DNA of 64,000 bases from Pavona decussata (GCA_977016875.1 CDRNST010000096.1:124001-188000), one strand, 5' to 3'. Shown: positions 36,790 through 50,297, counted from the stretch's first letter. Notes: a model not told the origin generated them from the letters alone. A program made the numbers and translations.

Positions 36790-37774
36790 AAACAAATGAA
36801 GAGCTCCCAGACATCTTGCAAGAAGAAGGTGCTTATCCTTTTCTTGCAGAGGTGGGTTATCACGGGGTGCCTGCAAGGGAGACAAAAGAATCAATTAAAA
36901 ATGTTGTGAGGTAGGTTTATGCAAGAATAATTTTAAGTGTTAACACAAAATATTGATGAAAATTAAATTAGTTAACTAAAGTTGGCTCACAACAGTTTTA
37001 AGTTTACTTTGAAGGTTAGCAAAATTAAGTATAATTACGGTGATGTGAAACTTGAACACTGTTTTCAGCCACCTATGAATTAAATGTTCAGATAAAAGAA
37101 TCATTTTACCGGAAAAATTGCAGCGCATTTTTCCCGTTGTGTGGCCATGTCCAAACTGTCCACAACATTGAAAGTGATGGCCACAAATGAATCTGTTGGA
37201 GCTTTTAAATCAGGCATCAGAGCCTACCTCCTTTTGGCCCTCACCTTTTTTTTGGGGGGGGGGGGAGGGGGGGTTAAACTTTTCTTAGCATGTCTGCAGT
37301 GCTGGGATTTCTTAGCACATTTCCATAATTTAGATTTTGTTTGTGACCTTTTATTGAGGCTTTACTATCACATACAATGAAGAAGTCCTGACTTTAAGAA
37401 CGATGGTTATACATGGACTGGTCCTTTAAAATTCCAGAAAGAAATATTCTTCTTATGTATATTTGGCACCAAATCATCTGTTCATCCTCTGGTCTGATTC
37501 AGATCAATCTGCATAAATCGGCAAGTGGGGGAGGTACTCCCACAGTTGGTGCAATTACAGGAAGGTTTGTCCACATGTGGTGTCCTTGGTGCAGTGCAAA
37601 AATCACCTAAATTGTGGGAATCAGCATTTGTTGCTGGCGCTGGTTATAGTGTTACAGCCAACAACTTGATAGACGAAATACAACCTAAATTTAGTCTTAG
37701 CCAGCTGAGGAAAGACAAAGAAGCAGACAGTTACCACAATTTGTGTGAATGTATTTACAGCCTTGAAGCAAACT
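36790..37774 (+). pseudogene. Two internal exons of a HECT-domain (G2E3-like) gene
   Basis: An exon ending 36910|GT and exon AG|37503-37774|GT splice in frame: FLAEVGYHG..VVRSIC..LVQLQEGLSTCGVLGAVQKSPKLWESAF. Confidence 0.55.
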
Positions 37775-38444
37775 GTAAGTACCAAAGATAAAGTTATGTG
37801 GTCAGGCTAGTTACCTTGTCCACTAAGGCTTGAATAAACTTTAAGAATAGGACATCAGTGTTGCCATAGAAACATAGAGATGATGGCACGTCTTTTACAC
37901 ATTAAATAAACAGTAATCTTTAATTTTATTTCATTTTTTTTTTTGCTTTATTGCTTTGCAAGGCTGCCATGTGGCCAGCAAGTAATGCGTTATTGTGTAA
38001 TTTGTTGCTTGAATTTGTAGTTTTAAAAGCATCATAAGAATAGTAAACATCGTTAGTACTGTATTGTAAGTAATTAGTATCGTATTGCAAGTAACAATAT
38101 AATTGTTAGCAGCGGTGTTAGCTGTATTGTAAGTTGTGTAGCTAGTTTGTCGTGTAGGTAACTATAGTTAAGTATGCTTCTTTTTTGTTTTGTAATGTAG
38201 TATCATATAGTAATATAATTAATGAAATGCATTGGTCTGAAGTACTCAATAAAGTGTTCTTACAAAAGAAAATATTTTTATATATTCTTTTAATTAATTT
38301 TTTTATTTTTTTTAATAATTTTTTTTTAATTTAATTAAAATAAAAAAAATTAATAAAAAAAAAAAAACAGTAATCAATTTTTTGATATGAAGATCTAAAC
38401 TGTTAAAATTACCTATTGTGTAACTTTGCTTTAGCCTACACCTA

Positions 38445-38710
38445 CAATCCTGGCCAAAAATAATGGGAGGATTTGCAAAATTCATCACAAACTGTTCCCC
38501 CTCCCCCAAGCAATGTTGTTACGATGCTGTGTTGATCTACAGGCTGAATGATTCCAGTTGCTCAACATTGTTTGGGGGGAGGGGGGCTTTCCAAAAAATG
38601 CAAAGATAGCTTAATAAAAATTTTAGAGACTGGTTTAAGATGTGCAGAATAAAAATGTTCATTGGCAATGTTATTTTGTGTTCTGTCCCAGGAATTTTTG
38701 GCCAGGATTG
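38445..38710. mobile_element. MITE, probably Tc1/mariner type
   Basis: TA|CAATCCTGGCCAAAAAT...ATTTTTGGCCAGGATTG|TA, with an internal inverted repeat. Confidence 0.8.
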
Positions 38711-38789
38711 TAGGTGTTAAGGGCTTTAAGCCTGAAATTTAAAATAAATCTTAATGAAAACAAAAGTAAGCAGACCTTTTAATTTCTTC

Positions 38790-38990
38790 AGAAACATTTT
38801 ATCTTAGTTTTTTGGAATTATGATTGGGAAATTGTACTTGTGGGATAGTAGAAGTCAAATTCTTCCAAATATATATGGATTTAAAAAGAAAATTGCTGTA
38901 AAATATGAAACGGAAAAATATATAAGTCTCCATAGTAAAAAAAACAAAGGATTTCTTTGAAGCTAAATGGATAGTGTCACCTCTTGTAAA
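38790..38990 (+). pseudogene. 3' tip of an L1/Tx1-like ORF2
   Basis: IGKLYLWD..LPNIYGFKKKIAVKYETEKYI..KW pattern. Confidence 0.5.
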
Positions 38991-39117
38991 TGCTTAATTA
39001 TTTAAAGGCTTTAATATGCATTCGCTTTCTGTATGTGACATATGTAACACTAATTAATATGTTACTTACATTATACATAGACAAGTGAAAACAAACGATA
39101 AAAACGAGCGATGTTTT

Positions 39118-39401
39118 GGGGAGCAGGGTTGGCGCAGTGTTTGAGCACTCGCCTTCCACCTATGTGGCCCGGGTTCGATTCCCGGACTCGGCGTCATAAG
39201 TGGGCTGAGTTTCTTGGTTCTCTACTCTGCTCCGAGAGGTTTTTCTCCGGGTACTCTGGTTTTCCCCTCTCCTCAAAAACCAAGAATTGATTTGATTTGA
39301 TTTGATTTGTAATTAGCTTTCTTGGATTGTAAAGCGCCTTTGATCATTTAGATGTTAAAGGGCGCTATATAAGTATTAAAATTTAATTTAATTTAATTTA
39401 A
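39118..39401 (+). mobile_element. tRNA-derived SINE with a V-like core and L2-type tail
   Basis: A box TGGCGCAGTG, B box GGTTCGATTCC, core GGTTTTTCTCCGGGTACTCTGGTTTTCC, 3' stem-loop AGCGCCTTTGA..TAAAGGGCGCT, (AATTT)n end. Confidence 0.85.
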
Positions 39402-39639
39402 CCTTTACTTACTTACATTATATTTCCTAAACATTTAGTTCTAGTTTGTTTGAATTTTTTTTTCTTACCGTCTATTGTTAGTGATATTGGTGTTTTTAGT
39501 GTTGTAATAATTTTAGCTGTAGTAGTATTATTAGTGTTAATTAGTTGTATTATATTGCTAGTATGAGTAATATTAGTTGTAATATTATAATTATGTAGGC
39601 AAGTAACTAATTTGCTGCATTAATATCAATTTGTGTCAT

Positions 39640-42600
39640 TAAAAAGCATTTTCCACTAAAAAAAGCAAATCAATTTTTTCAGTAAGATCCTTGATCCGCT
39701 TCGTTGTAATATTACCAGCAAGATCTTGGTAGGTGGCGACTTTAACTGTCCAATGCCGGCTTTTGATAAAGTGGGTGGCAAAGACGTCCTCCATAAGAAA
39801 AACGTAGTCCAAGTGATCCAAGATTTTTGTAACAACCTTGATCTAGTCAATGTTTGGCAAACTAAACAGGCAGATGAGACGTGCTTTTCCTTGGCGAATC
39901 GCTCAGGAAAGTCAAATGTCAACTAGATTTTTGGTTAATTTTGACACAACTTTTAAACCGTGTTACCAAAACTGACATTAATGCCTACTATGACTCTGAT
40001 CACTCACCTGTCACCATCTTAATCAGTCCAGAAGAAAAACAAAAACAAAGATGGCCAGAATTTTGGAAGTTTAATAATTCACTTCTACAAGGCAAAGAGT
40101 TTGTTTCAAAAATAAAGTTTATTATTAAAATCGCTAGGGAAATACATAACGATGTCACCGACAAAAGGCTCTTTTGGGAAATGGTGAAAATGTAGATCAG
40201 GATTTTCTCTATTCGATTCGCTAAGAATAAAGCTAGGGAAAAAAGAAATACAGAACTGGAACTTCTTCGAAAACTTGAGAATCTGAACTCTTGTATTGAT
40301 GCGGCTTAAGAAGAAAGTCATCTCGCATGCAAAGCTCGAATGCTAAAAATTAAATTAGACCAAATTGCTGTGCAGAAAACTAAAAGTTCCATTGTGCCAA
40401 GCAGAACTCGATGGTATGAATCGGGAACAATAACAAAAAGCATATAAAAAAACTGAAATGTGCTGAAGGTTCCTCTTCAGAGGACCCAAAAATCATATTG
40501 AATGAAATGAGAAACTTTTACCAGCAACTATACGTTTTTCAAAGTTCCTCCCCCGCTCGTTTTTCAAACTTTCTCAACTCCGAATTGTTGCCAAAACTAG
40601 ACAATGTAAGGCAAAGCCTCTGTGAAGGTCTGACTACTGAAGTAGAATTTGTCTCCCCTGAAAACAGTGCAACATAATAAGACCCCCGGCACTGATGGTT
40701 TATCAGCTGAGTTCTATCTTTGTTTCTGGAATGAGATCACTAGTCCCTTGATTGATTGTTTCAATCATGGGGCGCTATCGGGAGAACTCTCCATCTCCCA
40801 AAGACAATCGATTATTTCTTTGATTCCAAAAAAAATAAGGATCCTCTGCCTCCTAAGTGCCCCATCTCACTCCTAAACACGGATTACAAACTTGCAACTA
40901 AATGTATCGCAAAACAGCTCGAGAAAGTTATCCCGCATCTTATAGGAAGGGATCAAACAAGATACATCAAACGTAGATTCATAGATGAAAACATCCGTCT
41001 AATTTCCAATATTATCAATCAATACGAAAAAGAAGAAGGAATGATTCTCTTCCTGGATTTTGAAAGGGCTTTTGATTTCTTGGAATGGGAATACCTCTTC
41101 GAAGTGCTTGATGCAATGAACTTTGGCCCAAGCTTCTGTAACTGGGTCTGTACATTTTATCATAATATCTCGAGTTGTGTTGTTAATAATGGATACGCAT
41201 CAGATTTCTTTTCCCTGCAAAGAGGGGTGAGACAAGGGTGTCCTCTCTTAGGGTTGCTTTTTGTTCTTGCTGTAGAACCTCTTGCTAATCAGGTCAGAAC
41301 AAATGACTCGATCAAAGGTGTCAAGAATGGGAATAAGGTTTCTAAACTCACTTTGTATGCTGATGATACTACTGCATTTATTCACGACGACTCCTCGGCT
41401 GTATCCTTATTTTCTCAACTTGAACAATTTGGTAGCTTTTCTGGGCTGAAATAAACGAGTCAAAAACTGAAGGTCTGTGGCTAGGATCGTGGAAAATTGG
41501 ATTCGGAAAAGATGAGCCTTTTGGCATTTCATGGCCGAAGCAGTATGTCTCTACACTTGGGGTAGTGTTTGCCTATGAAAGGCGCGTTGGATGTAAAATC
41601 AACTTTGACGAACGGCATGATAAACTGAAAAAGGTTTAAACCTTTGTTCAGGTCGGCACGTAACAATTTTGGGAAGAATCTCCATTGTCAAAACACTAGC
41701 ACTTTCTGGGCTGAAAATAAACAAGTCAAAACACTAGCACTTTCAAAACTTATTTATAATTGTTCTGTCCTCGAAGTACCTGCTGAGTTTGCCAAAAAGG
41801 TCAATAGCATAACCTTTCCATTTATATGAAACTTCAAACCAGACAAAATCAAAAGAAATACGCTGACTGGTCCCATATCCAAAGGTGGCCTCAATGTGAT
41901 TAATTTTGTGGATGTAGAAAAATCTGGATCCCTATTGTTCGTCGGAGAATAGTGACTGGTGTGCGTTCCTCAATTCTATGCTCCAAGAGTTAGGAGGCTC
42001 TTTCTTGTTTCAATGTGAGAGAGATGGAAAGTCGGTATTTTATAAAGCCTGGGCAAACAAAGGCATTAGGAAAATCAACAACCTCCTGGTTTCTCAGGGT
42101 CATTTTCTCTCCTTTGAAAACTTAAAACGCAGTTTTAGAGTTCATTGTACCTTTCTCGATTATGCCGGTCTTCTTGCCGCAATTCCTAAAGATTGGAAAA
42201 GCGCTATCTCAGCAAGTAACCAGACAACTACCAACAAATCATTAGAACCGTCTCAAAACTTAGCAAAACGTCTCAGCTAAACTTGCTCGCCTGTTTCTCG
42301 CCCAAATGTCTTTTTGTCCTCCACTAGCTGAAGCTTTTTTAAAAGAACAAAAATTAAACCCCGGAGCTGTTAATGAACTTCTTCTTTTTTTTAAATTACT
42401 ATTGACAATAAACTACGAGGCCTCCAGTTTATGCTTATACATAATATTATTCCCACCAATAGATGCCTTTGCAAATGAACATAACAACTTCACCCCAATG
42501 TGAGGAGTGAAACTTCCCTACTGAAACTACCATCCATAAGTTTTAGAGTGCCTTGCTGTAAAACTTTTCTGGAAGGATGTCTTAAATTGGTGGAACTTCT

Positions 42601-42830
42601 AGCGTTCTGATGAAATAAATCCCGGTGCTACTGAATTTTTGTACGGTTACAAACCAAAATCCACCTTCTTTCACGCTTTCAATCATTACCTGCTAATTGC
42701 CTGGTATTATATCTATCTAGCTAGATACAAGTCTGAGACCCCAAAACTAGAGAAACTGCAATAAAAAACGACAACTATACTAAATATAGGAACAAGTGGA
42801 CCTCTCTGTGCATTCCTGATACGCGGTTGT
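39640..42830 (+). pseudogene. L1/Tx1-clade LINE ORF2 (endonuclease, RT, C-terminus), degenerate
   Basis: GGDFNC, LDFWLI, SDHSPV, WKFNNSLL, KTPGTDGL, PISLLNTDYK, LDFERAFD, GVRQGCPL, LYADD; many stops. Confidence 0.92.
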
Positions 42831-43072
42831 GACTTCTTAACTTAATTTAATCTTCCTTTTGTTTTTCTTTTGTATTACTATATTGTATGTAAAGGTTTCA
42901 GTCCGGAAGCCAAGACATCAAAATTAGGGTTTGGTACAATGATGGGGTCAGAAAAGGTTTGATAGCGGATTTTGATAGAATAAGGCCTGATGATCAATGT
43001 CAGGTAGTTTGTACAGTTCAATTGTGGTATAGGTCACGAGTAAAGGGGGTATTTTTATATGCCACCCCTTAA

Positions 43073-43610
43073 AAAACGAGGCTCAGCCATTTGACTACTG
43101 ATAATGCCTAAACTTTAATGTTTATTATGCCTGGAATCTTCAGACGTAGTTACATCTTTGTGATGCGAATCCCAATCATGCTCAAAATATGCAAAATAAG
43201 GTCACATGACTGAGCACGTGACAGCCGAGAGGCCAAAACTAGCATTTGAGAGCTATAAATAGCATATTCAAACGTCTGCACTTCCATAAATTTATCAATT
43301 GTCGATTTATTTTCTGTTGTTTTCTTTGAACAGATCGTATATTCTACAGTTTCAGTCAAATTCTTGCTTATTCAGCCTGGAACAATAAAAAGATTACCAT
43401 TTTTGTCCATCTACAAGTCAACATGAAAACGAGGCTCAGTCAGGTAGCTACTGTTTATGGCTGTATCTAAAGTTGTTTATGAAGAAAATCTGATATCGTT
43501 ACCTCTTAATGATATAAAGGCCAGTCATGCTCAAATTATGCAAACTAAGGTCACGTGACTGAGCATGTGACCTCTGAGAGGCCAACAATTCTCTTTTAGT
43601 GCTAGAACTA
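43073..43610. repeat. Diverged ~190-bp direct repeat with ~353-bp period upstream of the Academ ORF
   Basis: aaaacgaggctcag...catgctcaaa.tatgcaaa.taaggtcac.tgactgagca.gtgac...gagaggccaa at 43073 and 43426. Confidence 0.75.
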
Positions 43611-44223
43611 ACCTATAAAAAATCGTCCTCACTGCCATGAACGTATAAATTATACGTTTATGGCTACTCAAAAGTTTTCAACTTTATACACATTCTTGTC
43701 AGGGTTTTTGAACTACGATTTGTAGCCATCTATATTAGTTTTACAACTTGATTTATAAATGAAATAAAAGATTTTGTGGCTAGAAATTGTATCCTTTATT
43801 CGCTTTTCAACTGGAGTGAAGCAGCTCATTGTTACAAGTATCCTCGTTTCCATGGAGAACCAAATCGAGGCTGTATACTCGTTTTCAAGAATTTCCAAAT
43901 CTAGGCTATAATGTCTAATGTGGTGGCCTCCATGGTCGATGCTGTGCAATCTCTGTATGTACTTTTATCTAATAGCTATATCTCGTTTAGCTTAATTCAA
44001 ACTTTTATTAGCCAAGAAAACTTTTTTTCCACGTCTCTCTCTTTTTTCCACTTGTTATAGTCACATTAGTTATTAGGGTGTGACAATCCTCGAAAAGACA
44101 CAACCTTAAACAATGTTTAGATTTGCACGCCATGATATTCTTTTAGACTCTTAAATTTTTTTTCATATTTCCCTTTAATTTTTCTTTCATATATCACTAT
44201 GCAATTCGTTATTAGATTGAAGA

Positions 44224-46186
44224 ATGGCTAGTGAAGATAGAGAACCCTTCCCTGATAGCTTCGCCATACCATTACCTCCAAAACCAAAGAAACGAAAGGT
44301 AATCTTCGTTAGTAAAGTATGCGTTATTTGTCAGGCTGACCACACAGGCGTACCAATATTGCAAAAGTGACCAGAGCGTCTGAGCAACGTCGTGATCAGG
44401 AAGTGCGGCAAGGTTTGTGAATTCTACTACTGACTCCAGAGTACCTTGGCACTCAAATTGTTATGCATCATATACAAGCAAGCAAAATATTCGCAATACA
44501 TTTTCTAGTGATCTTTTGAAGCAGTCAAGCCAAAACGAAGATGACGCCGTCTCTAGTAGGACATTTCAGTCAGGGATGGCCCCGGTGGATTAATCTAAGT
44601 GTTTGATACGTAAGAACAAGACTTATAAAAAGAGTAGAGATCTTACTAACCTGCACACATTCGAGGCCTGTCAAAGCATCCGATTAGCAGCAGAAAGAAA
44701 AGGAGATAGCTCCATGTTACACATTTTGAATAACGTTAACGGAGACCTTATTGCAGCGGAGGCCAAATATCACAAGAACTGTTTCACGACTAATGTCAGT
44801 AAGAAAAGCACGCTTTGTCTAGCCAAGGGTGAAGCCGTAGATTCACCCTATGAAAGGGCTTTCCAAGAATTTGTAATTGATCTAGCCGCTGGTATTGAAC
44901 AGGACAGAGCATACGATATGATGTCACTACTAGGCAAATATTGGGATATTCTCACACAGAAAGGTGCCGCTAATCCAGAAAGCTACACCACCCAAAATCT
45001 CAAGATACACCTGCAGAAGCATTTCTCCAGTTCGACTGTATTCCATCAACCAGCTGACCAGAGTAAGTCTGAAGTTTACTCAAGTGGCATTAATATACAG
45101 GATATTCTTAATGCATGGGCAGTATTCCAGCCCCCTGCAAATGGAAATGTAACTGTTAACGATGACTCACCACAGTTTAGTGAAATACATCGTGTTGCAA
45201 CCTTAATCAAACAAGAGATAAAGAAATGCACAGGCATTCTGACCAAACCTCTTAACACTCAAGATGTCAGTATGGAGACTGCCAGACAACTCATTCCAGA
45301 CTGCCTGTATTTGCTAATCAAGCTGCTAGTCACAGTGGATAAGCATGGTAAACCATCTGATGCGCTGAGCCAGTCAACAAACATGGAAGACGAATGACAA
45401 ATTATGTGATACAAAGCATACGAGCCTGGCTATGTGTGTTCACCATCTCACATCATCCAAGCACCTTATCGAACTGTTGAACAGAATGGGACATTGTGTT
45501 TCCTACGATGAGATGCGTGCAGTGAATACGAGTATTGCAGAGGAAGTTCGTGCTAAGGTAAAAGCATTTAGGACTGTAATACCAACTAACATTAAGCCTG
45601 GTAATAATAATTTGAATGAGGAGACTCAATGGCAAGAATACTACGGATGCTACTATGATGGCGATCTATCAGATGAAAACGTTTGGTCCTGATCAAAGCC
45701 CCACCCTAGTAGAACAGAGAACCAAGCGATGTTCATTACAGGCAACCGGCACCGTGTATGACATTGAAAAGCGTCCTCTTCGAAGATGTCCAGCTATTAC
45801 TGATCACATTGGCTCTGGTTACATGGAGTGGTGCAAGGATACAAATGATGAAATACGCACCGCTCGTACCGCTGATTTCATCTGGGCTCTTCTTCGACTT
45901 TGTCCAATGAAATTGGGGGAGGCTGTTATTGTAGAAGCATTGCACAAACAAGAGATTCCAAGCCGGGGAGAATTCAACGCTATTCGTTATCCAGAGATGC
46001 CCATAGTCAGCCATATTGGCTACTGTTCTATGGTCGATGGATCATCCAATGACTATTCTACCATCTACACAGTACTGAAACATGCACAGAAGATAAGCGC
46101 CTCAATGGGTCAAGCCAACGCCGTGATTACCTTTGACCTTGCGATATACAGCAAGGCAAAGAAAAATCAATGGAGATTTCCTGATT
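44224..46186 (+). pseudogene. Academ-type transposase, 5' part, degenerate
   Basis: DLIAAEAKYHKNC, HHLTSSKHLIELLNRMGHCVSYDE, LNEET..GKNTT, STIYTVL, VITFDLAIYSKAK. Truncated by BEL sequence. Confidence 0.7.
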
Positions 46187-47128
46187 CTCAATTCAAGACC
46201 GCTGTCATATGTATCCTCTGAAGATGTGGATAAACCAGTCACGCCATCACACTTACTTTTTGGATGAAGGTTATTGAGCTTACCTGACACAAGCAATAAC
46301 GGAGACTTATCAGATCCTGATGTTGAACTGTCATCTAAGGACTCAAGCAAGAGAGTGAACCACCTTAACAATGTGATGAGCCATTTCTGGAATAGCTGGA
46401 AGATTGAGTATTTGGTGGAGCTCCGAGACTCACATCGATGTTATGCCAAGAGTACTGATCCAAACACCCATAGCAGTTGGTGACATTGTTGTCGGGCATG
46501 ATGAGGAACGACCTCAAGGATTTTGGAGACTTGACAAGGTTGAACATTTGATAACTGGAGTACATGGTCTTGTCAGAGGCGCGACTACAAGAGTGAAGCC
46601 AAAAAGCCCCAGATCCTCTACCTTGAGACGTCCAATTCAACTGTTGTACCCGTAGCAGATAACAAGTGGAAATGGACCTCTTTGCTTTGGACAACCATGG
46701 ACATTCTGCAGTGAACCAACCTGATGAGGTCCATCAACAGCCAATTCAACCAAGGAGAAACCCCAGAACATCAGCTGCAGTAGAGTCGGAGAGAAGGAGA
46801 AGAGCACGGATTGAAAAACTTGTTTAACTAATTTGTTTAATAAAAAATGAACACTGAACATTTTCTAACTTGTGCTTTCCAGTTACTCATTACTTGCTTG
46901 TAGTATTCCTTTACTGGTAAACAGGGGGGAGGATGTTAGGAATATGCACACTTTACGGGCCTATTTTGTAACAGGCTGTTAGCCTAGTATCATGGGATTG
47001 AAAACCCATGTGCTCGATTTTAAATGGAGAATATTGGAGGAACGTAATTAAATGTTGTTGTGTTTTTGAAGACTGAACCTGAATTGATCCTTTACAGCGC
47101 CTAAATCCACTTACCCTTTTTCTTATAA
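46187..47128 (+). mobile_element. BEL/Pao 3' fragment: integrase C-terminus, PPT and 3' LTR
   Basis: NSRPLSY..TPSHLL, FWNSWKIEYLVELR, VGDIV..WRL..G..GLVR, LRRPIQLLYP. PPT AGGGGGGAGGA, then TGTT at 46934; the LTR end is uncertain. Confidence 0.85.
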
Positions 47129-47132
47129 GCGG

Positions 47133-47820
47133 CGTCTTGCTAAACATGGCACCTCATCAAGACCATTCTCCACAATCACGGATGAGGAGTTGGATGGCCA
47201 GGCTAGAGACATCAAGGTCTTTCATCCTAACTGTGGATCAAAAAATCTGGCTGGTTTCCTTTTATCATCATAACAATAAATCAATGTTTTAAGTTTTCTT
47301 TGCTTGACTTTCTCTTTTTTGCAGATATTGAAATATGTTTGAAGTTTACAACAGGAAGCTCAACACCACCTCCAACTGACATTCTCCAGTTGATGGTAGA
47401 GATGTCTTCAGAGGCCTCAGTAATTATTGCCTCCACATGCTTGTTGAAAATGATTATTCAGGAGTCAATGGCTGATTTAGATCGGAAAGCATTTAGTACA
47501 AGTATAAAGACAGTAATGGATGGGCAAGGAACTGCCTTCACTGTGCCATGATTATAACTGGAAGTAGCAAATGTTAGTGTCTGGTCGATATTTTTGGTAA
47601 CAATGTTTCCTTGTTGGGTTTGTTTTATAGTTTAAATTCTGCAACGGATCTCGGGTTGGTTTGGTTCAACCCCCTGAAATAAGTTGAGAATGTCTGAAAA
47701 TGTACTCTCATAAAAAAGGTTACAGGTCTATGATTCAAAAATACATTAAAAGAGGAAAAATGACATAAATTGACAGAAATTTGCCCTACATTGAGTGGTC
47801 ACTTACTCACGCACTTGTTT
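47133..47820 (+). mobile_element. Copy 2 of the transposase-N/HECT-exon deletion derivative
   Basis: Aligns with 30675-31370; HECT exon at 47325-47551. Continues at 50175-50298 after an insertion. Confidence 0.7.
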
Positions 47821-50170
47821 ATTAGTCGGGCGAACCGACTATAGGTTTATCCTCGTATTTCTCCTCAAAGCTCCATCACGTGCAATGGGGAATACCGCAG
47901 ACACGTAATAAAGGCGCAACCTTCTTTCCATGATGTCGAAGTCGATGGCGGCCATGTCGAATATGTTAACAAATGGTGTGCTTTTCACCGAGAAAACATA
48001 AAGCCAATGTGGAAATCAAAGCCGAAAGTGGCACACCATGCAAACTAACCAAATTTTCCTACCACGCAGAAGAAGATGTAATTTTGGGTGAACAGGCGGG
48101 TGAACGCAGCCACGCAAATCAACCATGCCACCGATAACAACGAAACAGTAGTGGTCATCACACAGTTTAAAGGTGTAAAATAGTTTCCGTCAGTGATAGA
48201 TACCGTCTTTAACAAATTAAGTGAAAATCTGCCGGACATCTCTGAACAACAAATCAAACACGCGGAAGACGAACTCAAAACAAACGAAGTAACCTGTGAC
48301 AACATCCAAAGCGTACACATAATGGTGTTTCATGTTTTCATGCTTTGTTATCAACCAAGTTATTGCTATTTGTTCAGTGCTGCATTGACTGAGCTCGTTT
48401 ACTGGTCAGATAACAATCAATCACCACATCATGGAGTTAATGGCTATGGGGAATTCCCCAAAGCCGCTTTTAATAGAAAAATAACAATGTTTATCAATAA
48501 CAATTTATTTCGAGTATATGCTAACTGGACCAGTAAAGGTGGGGGCACACAAAACGCGCACGAAATAACTACAATCAAAGAAATCGGGGAAAGGAGTGGG
48601 GAGGAGGTGGGCCTTCAAATGAAAACTGCACTTGTCGGACGTCAAGTCAGAATGGCAGTGGAAAGATAGCCAGATGGGAATATAGCGTGGCCCATCCTTG
48701 GCGCCTGACTGGGCCTCTCCAAGATAATATACCAGATAAAATGTATATGGAATTGTAACAAGATTTAATTAATGGAAAAATAATTTCCAAATGGCAAAGA
48801 TATTGTTACAAAAGAGATAAGATGAAAGGTGGCTTACAACTTAAGATAATACACATGAATCGGCATGGAACATAAAAATCCTATTTGTGCCAACTATTCC
48901 ATTTACAACTGAGTGACTTGCTCCAAGAAGGTCCAATCTCAGCAAAATTCGCCAATGCTCAGATGTATGAACAGTTACGATTTTTCATCAAGAATTCTAC
49001 GAAAATTAGGACGCCACGTATTTCGGTCAAAGAAGGTGACCAAACCACACGGTATTCATTGTTCACTTCCACATTGGAAGGTGTTACTGAAAAGTACTAC
49101 GAAGATAACAATGAAGCGGATACCATAGAAGAAATAGATGAGGACAAGCTATGTGAAGTTATTTTGACAACAAAAGGTATTAAATTGCATGTCAATAGCA
49201 CAAACACTGTCCTCGAGATTTGTTTTTCTTTATTTCATTGTAGTAAACGGGAGTTTTTCACCATTGTATTCTTGAGTATATTTCTTTATCAGACATTGAT
49301 ATCAGACATTCATACGTTTATTTTAACCTTGTTTGTTTTCATTAAACTTGAAATCTTAAGTAGGGGTAATCCAAATTTTGTTTATGAAAGCCCTCGTTCT
49401 CTGGCTCGCCATAAATACCTCCAAGAATGTCAAGCAATCAGAGGACACCGTTCCCACGCGTTCACTGTTGAGTTAATTTTCCCGACATGTCAAACCACGT
49501 TGACAGTATTAACTAATATGTTTGTGTTACCATACCGAAATTTGACTTTTCTAAACGTTTTAGCGGCTAGATTCCAGAATACTCGGCCACTAAAATCTAG
49601 AACTTAAAAACTTGCTACCGCAGTCCCGCAGTCATCTAATTTGCATCCACTAGGGGACTGCGGACCACGGCGTTTCAGCTACACTGTAAGTAGAATAAAA
49701 TTATGTCTTAGATCAACTTCAGTACGATTACCTAGTAGCTTTCACTTTCACCTGTCGGTCAGTTCAAATAAGGAATGTTTTCACAATAAAATATATATCA
49801 GTGCAATTACAGTTTCATATTTTTTTCACACATGCATCTATTGGCCTGTACAAATCACCCCCAGGAAGGGGCGACTCCTTAAATAAAAAGGACTGGGGTG
49901 TTCGTCATACCTTTAAGGTACCTCTTGGCTGTTCAGCCTTAAAAGGTCCACGGCAGCAGCTTCTGTGATACGTGTTAGGGTATTAAGCCAAAAATATATG
50001 ACAGTGTGTTGTTTTAGAATTGGTACCTCCTAGGGGTGAAAAACATTTTCAAGCCAGGACCTTGGTACCTCAAAAAGTATTTCTTTTAAGAACCACTGCG
50101 CACCATAAATGGTCAACATTCGTAACAGCACGCCTACCTATAGCCCGACTTACGATCTTAGATCATCTTG
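47821..50170 (+). mobile_element. Helentron/HINE-like non-autonomous element
   Basis: Absent from the paralogous region near 31370 and inserted in a T-run. 5' ATTAGTCGGGCGAACCGACTA stem-loop, subterminal IR AGTCGGGC/GCCCGACT, 3' hairpin GATCTTAGATC then CTTGTT. Confidence 0.7.
48900..49225 (+). pseudogene. RPA70-C-like OB-fold/zinc-ribbon remnant
   Basis: TCSKKVQ..MLRCMN then RISVKEGDQTTRYSLFTSTLE..DEDKLCEVIL across a frameshift. Confidence 0.4.
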
Positions 50171-50297
50171 TTTTTTCATCAAAAGTAGCAAATATATAGT
50201 GTTTAGGCCTGATGAAATACTTTTTTAAGAAAACTGAATTCGAAAGGAGAAATTTTGCATTATTTGAATGGGGGAGTTATGTGTAAGAGCAGTAAAC

